From contig JAAOMT010000289.1 of assembly GCA_016748015.1 (NCBI GenBank), positions 197,639 to 261,638 of the forward strand: a stretch of DNA of 64,000 nucleotides. Reading direction: 5' to 3'. Positions 12,400 through 24,522 of the stretch are shown in pieces. The DNA is from Geosiphon pyriformis uo1 (lineage: Eukaryota > Fungi > Glomeromycota). Within the stretch, counting starts at the first letter, position 1, and each line of letters begins with the position of its first letter. The position numbers and the translations under genes were made by a program. The notes under the pieces are model-generated. The model saw nothing but the letters and a program-made list of their open reading frames with translations, was not told the origin of the DNA and searched no databases.

Positions 12400-13690
12400 A
12401 ATCCAGCACTAGATCAAAACTGGAGATGCAATGCCAATAAAACAAAAAGCATATAAAGTACCATCAGCCAGCCATGAAATCATTCATCAAAAAATTAACC
12501 GAATGCTTGACAATAGGCTAATTCAGCCATTAATGAGTCCATGGTCATCACTAGTAGTACTAGTCCAAAAGAAAAATGGAAAAATCCGTTTTTGTGTAAA
12601 TTATCAAAAACTGAATGGAGTAACTAAAGATGATAGTTATCCAACTCCAAAAATCCAAGAACTATTTAACGTTTTTGGAGGAAATAAATAGTTCTTAACA
12701 TTAGATTTAGATAGTGATTACTGGCAAGTAGCCATGAATCCAGCTGACAAAAAAAAAACAGCATTTACTACAAGAGAGGGAAATTTTGAGTTTGAAGTCA
12801 TGCCATTTGGCTTAATGAATGTTCCAGCAACATTCCAATGGCTCATAAAAATTGTCTATACTAAATTATTATGAAAATCAGTAGTTGTATACTTGGATGA
12901 CACCAATATGTTCTCAAAAACATTTGACGATCATCTGCATCATTTTCAACAAGTATTTGAAAGATTAAGAAGAGCTGGATTGAAACTAAATGCAACCAAA
13001 TATTTCTTTGGAAAAACTGAACTCAAGTTTTTGGGACATATTGTAAGCAAAGATGGAATCAAAACGGATCCAAACAAGATTAAAGTTGTCAAAAACTTTC
13101 CAGTACCAAACAATTTCACAGAACTAAGAGCATTCTTGGAATTTGCAGGGTACTATTGCCACTTTATCAAGAACTTTTCTAAACTGGTCCAGCCACTCCA
13201 TCATTTACAAACTAAGAATGTGAAGTATGAATGAACAGAAGCTCAACAAAAAGCATTTGACACACTAAGAAGAAGACTTATTCAAGCTCTGGTGTTGATG
13301 TATCTAGATCACAGTAAACCATTTATTATTACTACTAATGCATTGAGTCAAGCATTAAAAGCAGTACTATCACAAAAAAGACCAGATGAAAGAGAACATC
13401 CAGTAGCATATGTCAGCCAAAGCTTGAGTCCAGCTGAAAAAAACTATGGAACACCAGCATTAGAACACTTAGCAATTTATTGGGCAGTCATAAAATGAAA
13501 AAAATACTTGAGCCAAAAGTTTGAAATATATACGAATCACAAAGAATTGACTTCAATCCAGAAAAATTTGAAAACAATTGCCATGCCAGATAGAAAATAG
13601 AACTTTTACCATTTAATTATACAGTACATTATAAAAAGAGAAAAGACAATGAAAATATTGATGGATTGTTACAAATGAGACAAATCTAAA
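12400..13690 (+). pseudogene. Element C reverse transcriptase and RNase H
   Basis: SPWSSLVVLVQKKNGKIRFCVNY, VMPFGL, YLDD (12890-12901), FLGHIV; RNase H FIITTNA, AEKNY, LEHLAIYWAV. Confidence 0.95.
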
Positions 13691-13719
13691 ACATTTCAAC
13701 CCAAAAATATAACAAAAGA

Positions 13720-15100
13720 TAAATATCCAAAAATACCAACAACTACAACATTATATAAATACCCAATTGTTCAAGGAAAAATTATCTCAAAAGAAACAAA
13801 AAAACATAAAACAACAATCAAAATATTTTATCAACCATCAAAATATACTTTACTAAAAGAACAGAAGAAATTCAAAGCAACTAACCAGAGTAATCACAGA
13901 ACCAGAGAAAGAAACAATATTATTCAACATGCACTCAGATCCAACAGCAAAACACTTTCACAAAGAAGCAACCATGGAAAGAACCAGAAAAAGATATTAT
14001 TGGCCATCAATATATCCAGACATCATTCAATATGTTTAAAATTGTGATGCTTGTTAGAGAAGAAGTGGAACAAAACCCAGTAAACCATTAAGACCAATCA
14101 AAATAGGACAACTATTTGATTGCATTGGAATTGACTTAGTCGGACCATTAACAATCACCAGTAGAAGCAACAAATATATTACAGTAGCCATGGACTATCT
14201 CACTAAATGGCCAGAAGCAAAAGCCATTCAAAGAACAGATGCAGAATTTGTTGCCGAATTCATTTATCAAGATTTGATTTGTCAACATAAATGTTCAAAA
14301 AAACTACTATCAGATCAAAGAACCTACTTTGTGAACAGAACATTAACAGAATTAAGTCAAAAATTTGAAATTAAAAGACCATTATCATTACCATATCATC
14401 CACAAATGAATGGCTTAGTTGAAAGATTTAATAGAATACTGTGTAAAGCAATAGCCAAAATTAGCCAAAAAACCAGGATAAATGGAATTTGTTTATACCA
14501 TCAGTATTATTTGCTTATTAGACAATAAAGCAAGATACCACACAAGCAACACTATTTGAATTAGTATACAGTAGAACAGCAACATTACCAGTTGAGATAA
14601 AAGTCAAAACATATCCAACAAAACCAATAACAGAAAATAATTTCTAAGAAACATTGTTAAGAAGAACATATGACTTAATGGAAACACTAGAAAACAGATG
14701 ATAAAAAGCAGTTGATAACATTCAAAAGTTACAAGAAAAGCAAAAAGAATAACATGATAATCAACTACCAGATAAACCAGTTGAATTTAAGATTGGAGAC
14801 AAAGTACTATTACATTATACCAAAGCAGAAAAACAATGAAGTAGAAAATTTGACCCCAAATGGAACAGACCATTTCACATAGAAGAAATTCTAGGAAATA
14901 GAGCTTATAAATTAAGATGAGACAACAAAATCTTAGCCAAAGCAACACATAATGATCGACTGAAATCATATCATGAGATAGCATCATCATTTACCAATAA
15001 TATTTCACAACTGGGAGTACAAAGAATACTAGTTTAACCAGATAAGATTTCATGAGATTTAGAACCAATCATAGTTATTAAATCAAACATGTCAAATTGA
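13720..15100 (+). pseudogene. Element C integrase (HHCC, DDE, GPY/F; no chromodomain)
   Basis: MHSDPTAKHF...YYWP...CDAC, IGIDLVGPL, DYLTKWPEA, LSDQRTYF, NGLVERFN, PFHIEEIL. Confidence 0.93.
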
Positions 15101-15154
15101 ACAACCAAAAAGTATATAAAAACACAGTACACATGACAAAAGCAGCCAAAAAAA

Positions 15155-15770
15155 ATGGAAATACCAGATCATATTCACACTATAGCTCAACAATTGTTCC
15201 AGGCCTTAAGTCAACAACAGTTAGACATGGAAATTGTTATTAACAACCAAATAATTTGCTATCAAGACAAAAAATACACCATATTAGCGGCTGTCAAAGA
15301 ATGATAAAAACTGGACAGATAACTTAATAAAAAAAGTGAAAAACACTTTTGGGAAAATACCTATTTTGGCAGCAACAGAAGAGCTTACAAAAGAAAATTG
15401 AAAGCAATGGACAGAACAACTTTTAATATCATATTGCTACTACCAGTTAGGTCAAAAGTTGAATATTTAAGAGTTGTATATCGACAAATCCAAGAGAATA
15501 TTCAACCAAGACATAATACAACAAATTGAAGAATTTATTGGAAAGAAGACAAATTCAACACTACATGTTAAAACCATGTACTGACTACACAACATATTTC
15601 GGAACTATTCAGAAATACTGTTATACTTTGACATGAAAACCATAACTATTAACCAATGGGGAAAAATGAACAATACACAAGTAAAAGACATAAAAAACAG
15701 AGTCGAACAAACAATACTTGAAAAAAAAGTATTAGAATTAATTCAAAATGAAGATTTTGATGGAACTTAA
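15155..15770 (+). pseudogene. Element C extra ORF3 (unknown soluble protein, env position)
   Basis: MEIPDHIHTIAQQLFQAL...YCYYQLGQKLNI*ELYIDKSKRIFNQDIIQQIEEFIGKK...KTMY*LHNIF...ITINQWGKMNNTQVKDIKNRVEQTILEKKVLELIQNEDFDGT*; the stop abuts the PPT. Confidence 0.78.
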
Positions 15771-15790
15771 TATTAAAAAAGAGGAAATAA

Positions 15791-16658
15791 TATTACTTAT
15801 AAAAAGAAAACAGATATAGAAAAATAGTAGACCAATAAGAAAGTAGTAGTTAGCATGTGAACACATTACTCAGCAATATAGAACAAGGTCAGAAATCATG
15901 GCACATCACTCAGCAATGTAGAGCAATGTCAAAAAAATATGACACATTGCTCAGCAACATGAGCATTGCTTGAAAAATTATAACACATCACTCGAGAATG
16001 TGAGCAATCTCATAGAACCCAAATTATGTATATATAGTGATAGCATTAGAAGTAGAAAAAAGAGATCTCTCAGTTTAGATTTTATCTAAGCAACCTTCCA
16101 ATTCACAAATATCAATAAATAATTATTCTTTATTTTAAATTCACTCTCCACTATCAACACTTTATGTTGATAGTAATTGATACTTAACCATACTGGAACA
16201 ATAGCTTTTGATTACAGCTATTGACGGAATACTAACTTGCAATTACTTTTGTTTATTTTCTTTTATTTTCTTCTATTTCTTTGTTTTACTAATTAATTGA
16301 AAATTAAGCACTAAGTTATTAATATCAAAAATAGCCTGATAAAAGACCCCAAAGAAAAGATATAGGATTTATATATATTAATGGATAGCTTACCAAAAAG
16401 GCATCTCTGCCAGATTACTGGCCACCACGCTGAGAAAAAAATTCAATGGAATTGTGATTCTAAGAGGCTACTGGAAAAACAACAATTGAATCTCTGTCCA
16501 TTATACAAAGAACTCAACAACAAAACCTTCAGATAAATCACACTGTCAAATAATAACAAACATACTAACATTACCAATACCATCTACCAGATTAGTCACT
16601 GAACACCAAGTTATGGATTTGTTATTTGATTTGAAACTCCAAATAATCACCTGTAACA
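15791..16658 (+). repeat. 3' LTR of element C
   Basis: Direct repeat of 5544-6420, preceded by the PPT and followed by TSD GTGG. Confidence 0.93.
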
Positions 16659-16944
16659 GTGGTTAAGTAACCAATAGTAGTTCCTTCCAGTATTTTAATG
16701 ATATTTTCTGTGTTGTTATAAATGGAAATTTTGATGTGTTTGTGGTTCCTGGCTGGTATGTGTAGATTGACTAATCCAATATTTTCTGATTTACAAAGTG
16801 TTGCTTCTGTCTCAAAAATCTAAACCTGATTCTTTACTTTTCTCTCTATGGTTACTATGTATTAGTCATATGGTAGAATAGAAATTAATTGATGGGTGGA
16901 GATAATTTCTCCCTTGTTAATAATCTCTTCTTCTGCCATATTGA

Positions 16945-17390
16945 CTGGTACATTTATTCTATCTATTGATCCAAATCCCTGTATCCCTCTAACTGTAATT
17001 CCTAATTTTTTTCTGTTTCCTACTAACATTAACTGAACTATTTTCATCAAAGGTAAGAATATTGCCTGTGCTATCTTTTTGTTTGGCTCTATAATATAGG
17101 TCTTTTCAGAGTTATTTTGTAGCATTGCAATAATGTTTTCTACATATTCTGTATCAATTATTCCTCCTTTGATGTTGATTTCTTTTTTTGCTAAACTATT
17201 CCTAGATGCTAGTTAAACCATTGTTGTTGCTGGAATTTTTAGTGCTATTTTAAGATTAATACAGGTGTGTGAATGTGGTTCCAATTTGATGGCATTTTTT
17301 TCTGGATATCTTAGATCAAACCCTGTATCGATATCATGCACATATTTTGGCATAATGCTTTCATCATTGTTGCTAAACCATTTTAATTCC
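16945..17390 (-). pseudogene. dut: Element B dUTPase
   Basis: ORFs 17213-17665 (DTGFDLRYP) and 16862-17125 (KKIAQAIFLP, RGIQGFGS). Confidence 0.92.
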
Positions 17391-17684
17391 TGCTCCTTAG
17401 AGAGATCAGGAAGTGTGATGTATTGTTTGGGATTTAAATTGGAGTTTGAATTATTGTAATTTTTGTTGCCATTTTGAATAGAGCTGGAATCATTATTTTT
17501 GTTGTCATCATTGTCAGAGTTTGAATTAGACTTGAACAGTGATTCTGATTCCAATTCACAGCTGCTAATTGGTTTTTTTTCCTCTGGGATCATGTAGATC
17601 ATGTATGGTGGTAGATTGTAAATAAGGTTACACTTATTACAATATTGGAAGTTACATAGGATCAAACAATGATCACATAGTCGC

Positions 17685-18532
17685 TGTTACAAGTGATTAT
17701 TTGGGGTCTCAAAGCAAATAACAAATCTGTAACTTGGTGCTCAATTGATATAAAGATGTTGATTACTGAAGGTGGTTTGTATCTGAAGGTTTTAGTTAAG
17801 TTCTTTGTATAATGGACAGAGATTTAATAGTTGTTTTCAATAGCCTTTTAGAATTGCAATTCCATCAATTTTTTTCTCAGCTTGGTGGCTGGCAATCCTC
17901 TGGTAAATAATTTGTAATTTTTGTATGTGCTTTACCCACTTACAGGAGTCTTTTACCAGGCAATCTTTGATGTCAATAATTCAGCACTTAATCCTTAATC
18001 AATTTAGTAAACAACAAAAAAAATAACAATAGAAAATAAAAAAAACAAAGAAAATAAAGAAATAAGCCAAGATGATTTTTGCAAGTTAGTATCTCGTCAA
18101 TAGCCATGATTAAAAGCTATTGTTCTAGTGTGGTTAAGTATGAATTACTATCAACACTTCATGTTAATAGTAAAAAGTGAATTGAGATAATGAATAATTA
18201 TTTATTGATATTTGTAATGTGAAAGATTGCTTAGATTAAATCTAAACTGAGAGATCTGTTTTTTCTACTTCTAATATTACTACTATATATATAATTAAGA
18301 TTCCTCAATTCCTCAATTCTTCACACCAGAAATTCTGGAATTCCTGAAATCCTACAATTCCTTTGAGAGGAATTCTGGAATTCTGGAATCCTGCGATTTT
18401 TTGTATGAGAATCCTGGAATTCTGAAATCTTGCAATTCCTCTGATAGAAATTCTGGAATTCCACATTTACTACAGTTACTTCTGATTGGCTAATTTATAC
18501 TAATATATACTTTCTATATTCTATGAGTAACA
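17685..18532 (-). mobile_element. Solo LTR E (same family as B LTRs) inserted in B's Cys-rich pol insert
   Basis: TGTTAC...GTAACA ends; homologous to 1108-1895 with an expanded GGAATTCC-type array (~18295-18465); degenerate TSD TCGC/TTGG; host frame is continuous across it. Confidence 0.85.
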
Positions 18533-19915
18533 TTGGATGTTGATTTCTTTCAAGCATTATTCTTGTTCTTTTTAAGTAGATGCTAATTCTTAGTAGTGTT
18601 TGTGGAATTGTTCTGGATCTAAGAAATTTATGACTGGTTCTGAGTCCCAGTCAAGTTCTATGGGTTCTGGTGAGCTGTTTTTGATCATCCTGATTTTTTC
18701 TGGTAATGCTCCTTCAATTTTGGTGAGTGCCATTTGCCAAATTTTATTGTCATTGTGTGGGCATCCATTTAAATATTTTACAGCTTTTCTCCAAATGGCT
18801 TCTATTGGTGTTTTTTTTCTAACCCAGTCACTTATTAAGATTATGTATTAACACAATTTGTTGCATGTTCTTTCTTGCCCAAGAATGTTATTCCATATTC
18901 CTTCATCTAGAAAAGTTTTTTCACAAGCCAAGCATGATTTATTATACCATTTTTCTACTCATTTTGGTCTTCCAAAGTGTTCAATAATGCATGGACAGCA
19001 ATAAAACTTAGTTGCTATTTGGTATTCTTTATTGTTACTATAGTATGTATCTATTGACAATAATTTCTTGCTGCAATCAACACATATAAGCTTTAGTCAG
19101 TAATAGATAGATTGTTGTAGAGTAGTATAGGTGTAGGAGTTATAAGTAGTAGTGTTAATGGATGTTGTTTCTTTTTTTTTCTCTTTTCTTTTTCCCTTAT
19201 TGTTTTTTTTTCACTTCAAAGTTGATGATTTGTTTGGTTTATTGTCAGTTCCTCAAGCTTGGTTGGTATTCCAGATAAGTTTTTCCTTTTTTTTTTCTTT
19301 TTCATTGTCATCTCAGGAGAGTATTGACAGTAATTTATTGTGGTCATTTTCAGCCCATAATACTTGATAGACTTTTCAAGTAGGTTTCTTCTCTTTTTTT
19401 TCAAACTCAATAAGTGGTGCTGATGTATTGATGGTCTTGAAATGGTCACACATGGCTGGAACACGTGTGTGTTAACTGTTCTGGCAAACTTGAAGCTCCT
19501 GTGTGTTCCAATCAAGTGTTGTATTGGTTTTGAACAATCAATCATTATTAACAAGTGCTTGATATTGAGTGGCTTCCATGATTAATATCTTGATTGGTAT
19601 GATAATGTCATTGACTTTGATGAGTAGATTATCTATTTTACCAATTGAAGTCTTGGTGGCTCCATTAGCTGTAATTATTTTTGCACTGGCAGCTCGATCA
19701 ACTTGGTGACCTAATTGGTTCATAAGCTGTCTTGTAATGATGCTGTCAGCTGATCCACTATCTAGAATCAGTTTGATGGAATGGCCATTAATTTTGGCAT
19801 CAGTGTACATTACAGTAATGAATTTTTTCTTAAGAATGGCTCCACTGAACCAAAGAACTTCTGATAGTTCTTTGATTTCAAAAAAAAATATAGCTGCAAA
19901 TAACTCATCTTCCAT
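18533..19915 (-). pseudogene. Element B protease and N-terminal part of the Cys-rich insert
   Basis: IKLILDSGSADSII in ORF 19538-19915; CVDC/YCCPC/CLAC motifs at ~18850-19090. Confidence 0.88.
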
Positions 19916-22160
19916 GATAGTGGCTGGTAGAATATTGCTGATCAGTGTTGATTGTCAGTTGGTTTCTGGGTTATTAGGTTGGGTGTCTTCTGAGATAACC
20001 AAAAAACTTAAATAGTGTTGGGAATTTGGGTTTTGTGCATACTCAGTTTCCAAATTCTGAGACTGTGATTCTAATTGTTGCATGGAGGAGCTGGAGATTG
20101 GTTGGTAAACAACCATTGCTGATCTCCAATTTTGAGTGACTCTCAATCTAAAGTTTCTTGATGTCATCTAAGTTGGGTTTAATAGCAGTATTTGAACTGC
20201 AGATGTCTGATAAATTATTTGTGACTGCAGTAATTGATATATTACTTGTGACTGTGGTTGATAAACTGGAGATTAATATGCAGGTGGTTAATATATTGGC
20301 TGCTGTATTATTGGCAGGTAAGTTGATATTGGTCTTGATTTGAATAATAATTCGAAGTTTGAATTCTGCAATCAGAGTTTCAGTATTGATTTTCCGATCA
20401 TGGGTTATTATAAGAATGGCAGTTAGCTTGAATATGGCCTTGTTTATCACAGTTGTGACAGACTTGCATCTCTGGCTGCCATAGTTGATTGGACAATGAT
20501 AATGAACATGACTGATTTTGGAAACAATTCACATTTTCTGAATTATTGCATCATTGTAGTGATTAATAAATTGCACAATTGTTAGTTAAGTATTCCTCAA
20601 TTTTCTGATTGATTGAATTGCTGAAGTGCTTCAGTTTGGAATCTAGGTCAGATGATCCATTCATTACTAAATTTACAGCTTGAATGTAATTGGCCTCTAA
20701 TTCAGCTAACTTGAAATCTCTGGTATGTATGACTGCATCTTGCAGGGTGGCTGAATGCATTAGTCATATGTGTTGTAGAATGCTGCTGCATAATTTATGA
20801 ATGAACTGATTTAGGATCTGCACTACTGTAAAATAATTAGGATCAATGGCTTGGATCTGACACAGATTTCTATGGAAGTGTTTTAGGTAAGTAGTGACTG
20901 TTTCTGTGTTTCCTTATTTTATGGTAGTGAAGGTACTTGCCAAGCAGTTGATGCTGTTATTATCACTGAAGTATCTTAGGAATTTTAATTTAAATGCATC
21001 AAAGTTTTGGGGTTTCTGGGCTAAGCTATAATACCATGAGTTGGCAATATCTTTAAGAAAATATGGAATGACTTGCATTGTTTTGGCATTATCCCAGTTA
21101 TTGGCAGTAATGGCTTTGGCAACATCATTAATCCATGCTTAGGCATTGTCCTCTTTACCAGAAAATTTTTCCAGCTTTGTGATTGGTGCATATGCCATTT
21201 GTTGTTGTTATTATTGTGGCTGTTGAAGCAGCTACTGGAGTTGTTGAAGTGGTTGAAGCAGTTGTTAAATAGGTTGTTAAAGTGGTTGCTGTTAAATCAG
21301 TTCAATAATCAGTTCAATTAGTGGCTGATTGATAACAATTACTGAAGATAAGTTTTGCTAATTAATTGTTTTAGGTTTTGAATTGTTCTGGATTTGAATG
21401 TTCAGAGTTTTAGCTTCCAGATTTTCTAGAATCAGGTTTTGGTAAGTAAATTCTTAATCTTCACTTTCTTTTTTTAATTTAGTTACTTTTTACAGACTCG
21501 TGGTTCTGAAATTTGGTTGAGGTAATGGTTGACCAAAATCTTGATGGTGTTGGTAATCATGATTTAAATCCTTCAAAATATTTGCCATATGGTCCTAATA
21601 ATTCTGCTCTTTTTTGTTTACTTTGAAATGGAAATCATCCAAAGGTTAATGTTGTGTTTGATGTAGATGCATCTGCTGAAGATATATTGATGGCACTTTC
21701 TAATGTATAATGGTATGATAGATTGGTTGGTGATTCAACTCTGGTTTTCTTCCAAGTGGGTGGTTGTATCTTTTTGGGTGTTACTATTGGTATTTGCAAT
21801 CTTCTTTTGTTTTTGTCTGCATAGATAATAGAGAATTGTTGTTGGGTGTATCTTTCAATAGTTTGATTGATTTCTCTAATGATTGGTGTAAAACTGTAGT
21901 TTCTTGATAAGCTGGTATATTGAAACAATTCTGTATAGAAATTTTCTTTTGTGGATTTAATGTTAACTGTTCCTCCTAAGCAGTCTGTAATTTTATTGTT
22001 GATGTAAAAGTTGAAGACTAATTCTGCTGGGAAATGGTTGTTGTTTAATTCTAATAGCTGGCTGTACTATTGAAACAAGAATTTGGCGAATTCTAAATGG
22101 TTTGCTCTTATGATTTCTGATTCTGCCACTTTTGGATAATTGTTGTTGGTGTTGGTTCTC
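19916..22160 (-). pseudogene. gag: Element B leader ORF plus Gag
   Basis: Collinear with 6450-9800 (ORFs 21635-21928, 20563-20760); capsid start MAYAPITKLENF near 21197. Confidence 0.85.
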
Positions 22161-22191
22161 TGTAAGATTATACCTTACAGGGAGCACCAAA

Positions 22192-22905
22192 TGTTACAGG
22201 TGATTATTTGGGATCTTAAATCAAATAACAAACCTGTAACTTGGTACTTAGAAGCTATTCACAATGATAGTGATCTAAAGATATTATTATTTAAAGGTTT
22301 TGGTTGAGTTCTTTGTATAATGAACAGAGATTTAATAATTGTTTATTTGTAGCTTCCTAGAATCACAATTCTGTCAATTTCTTTCTTTAGCTTAATGGCC
22401 AGTACTTTTTTGGTAAGTAATCTGTAATTTCTTTATGTGCTCTACTCACTCACAAGGGTCTTTTACTAAGCAATTTTTGATGTCAATAATTTAGCACTTA
22501 ATCCCTAATCAATTAATAAACAACAAAAAAAAAATACAAGAAATAAAGAAAAGATAAGAAAATAAGCCAAGGTGATAAATGTTAGTATCTCATCAATAGT
22601 TGTGATCAAGAGCTATTGTTCCAGGGTGGTTAAGTATCAATCACAATCAACATGAAGTATTGATAGTAGAAAGTGGATTGGAGATAGTAAATAATTATTT
22701 ATTTGATATTTGTGGTATAGAAAGTTGCTTAGATCAAATCTAAACTGAGAAGTCTTCTTTTTTTACTTTTAATGCTACTGATATATATACATAATTGAGA
22801 TTTCTCAATTTCTTTGAAAAAAATCCTGGAATTCCACATTTACTATGGCTATTTCTTATTGGCTAATTTATATGCTAATATACTTCCTATATTCTATGAG
22901 TAACA
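22192..22905 (-). repeat. 5' LTR of element B (U3 array contracted relative to 3' LTR)
   Basis: Homologous to 1108-1895; PBS immediately internal. Confidence 0.92.
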
Positions 22906-22909
22906 CTAT

Positions 22910-24503
22910 ATATTATCTTATCAAATAGTTTGAAGCTAGAACTATTCAAGTGGCAAATACCAAAATAATAGTCGAATTTGTACATCAAAATTTAATCTGT
23001 TAACATAAATGCTCAAAAAAATTATTATTTAACCAAAGAATTTATTTTGTTAATAGCACATTTGCCAAACTAAGCCAACAATTTAGAATAAAACAATTAT
23101 TATTATTATCATATTACTCTTAAACAAATAAATTGATAAAACAATTTAACCAAATATTATATAAAACATTAGCAAAAATAAGTTATAAAAATACACAATA
23201 ATAAGGCCTATTTATATTTTTAGTATTATTAATATACTAAACATTAAAACAAAATACTATTCAGTTTATACTATTTAAATTAGTCTATAGAAAAAAAACT
23301 ATACTACTTATTAAACAAAAATTACCTATTTTTCTGACTAAAACAATTACCAAAAAAAATTTTGAAGCTATTTTGCATTAAAAAACATATCAATTCATAG
23401 AAACATTGAAAAACAATTATAGAATAGCAGTTAATAATATTAGTAATACTTAAAAATAACAGAAAAAAAAACATAATAATTGCTTATTTAATTAGCCAAT
23501 TAAATTCAAAATTAAAAATCAAGTATTATTATATTGTATTAAAGCTAAAAAACAGTGAAATAAAAAGTTTGACTCAAAATAGGACAGACTATTTTATATA
23601 CACAAAGTTTTAGACAATAAAACTTATAAATTATAATTAAAAAACAGGATTTTAAAAAAAATTGCATATAAAAATTGTCTAAAAATTTATTATACAATAC
23701 AAAAATTATTGTTATTTATATTTCAATTAGAAACACAAATTCCATTAATTAGACCAAAAAATATATCATAAGATTTAGAACCAATTATTATTATTGAACA
23801 CAATTTATATATGACAATTTAAATTACATAAAATAAAGATATAAATACCAAAAAGACAAATATAGATTTCTTAAACAAAATCTTGAAACTTTTACAATTA
23901 TTTAAAACAATTCAACAATCTACAATATTAATAAAAATTACAATTAATAGAAAAAAAAATACAATACAAAAATATAAGCAAGAAAAAAGTTTAACAAAAA
24001 CTAAATGTTCTTATTTTTATAATTAATTAAGAAAAAAAAATATATAATTGCATATATTTGACAAAATTAAGAAAACTTTAAGCAAACTAATTATAAAACT
24101 AATAACAAAAAAATAGACACCAAAAATCTTCAAAAAATAGAAAAAAAGACTTTTACTAATATACTGGTTTTTTAAAATTAGTAAAAAACTAGATCTATAA
24201 ATATTATACTTAGACATTAACAAACAAATATTCAACAAAAAAGCTCTCAAACAAATAGAAAAATTTATTAAAAAAAACAACTTAATACTATACTATAAAA
24301 CAATATATTAATTATATTTAGCATTTAAATATTGTTTAATCATACTATTAAACAATTTATTAAAAGTTATTACAGTTAACAACATAAGATAAATAACAAA
24401 TTCACAATTTGAAAACCTACAAAAAGCAATATTCAATATAATAATTGAACATTATAATAAAAGAACAATTGTTATAGATACATATAATTTTACAGGAACT
24501 TAA
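22910..24503 (+). pseudogene. Element A integrase C-terminal half plus extra ORF3 (~23811-24503)
   Basis: Collinear with 14190-15770 (..DLEPIIII; ..ISKKLDL*ILYLDINKQIFNKKALKQIEKFIKK..; ends NFTGT* before the PPT). Confidence 0.78.
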
Positions 24504-24522
24504 TTTTTAAAAAGAGAGATAA

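Larger units (their letters stand above)
5544..16658 (+). mobile_element. Ty3/Gypsy element C (full length, dUTPase-type), inserted in B; contains solo LTR D1
   Basis: LTRs 5544-6420 and 15791-16658 (TGTTAC...GTAACA); perfect 4-bp TSD GTGG (5540-5543/16659-16662); PBS tggtgctctctgtaagg at 6423; PPT aaaaaagaggaaataa at 15775-15790. Confidence 0.95.
1108..22905 (-). mobile_element. Ty3/Gypsy element B (full length, dUTPase-type), containing element C and solo LTR E
   Basis: LTRs at 1108-1895 and 22192-22905; 4-bp TSD CTGT (1104-1107)/CTAT (22906-22909); minus-strand PBS at 22173-22189 and PPT at 1896-1912; gag-PR-dUTPase-RT-RH-IN order. Confidence 0.93.

Noticed and set aside
9822-15100. Alternative genetic code or stop-codon recoding (TGA=Trp, TAA=Gln), or a Mollicute endosymbiont origin
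   Set aside because: All three stop types occur, at different positions in each copy, always one transition from TGG/CAA/CAG/CGA, alongside frameshifts. The content is eukaryotic LTR/LINE sequence.
14950-15100. Chromodomain at the integrase C-terminus
   Set aside because: After GPY/F there is only a short tail (..ISRDLEPIIVI); no chromodomain aromatic-cage pattern is visible.
15155-15770. ORF3 as a retroviral-like env gene
   Set aside because: About 200 aa and hydrophilic, with no visible signal peptide, transmembrane segment, fusion peptide or conserved cysteines.
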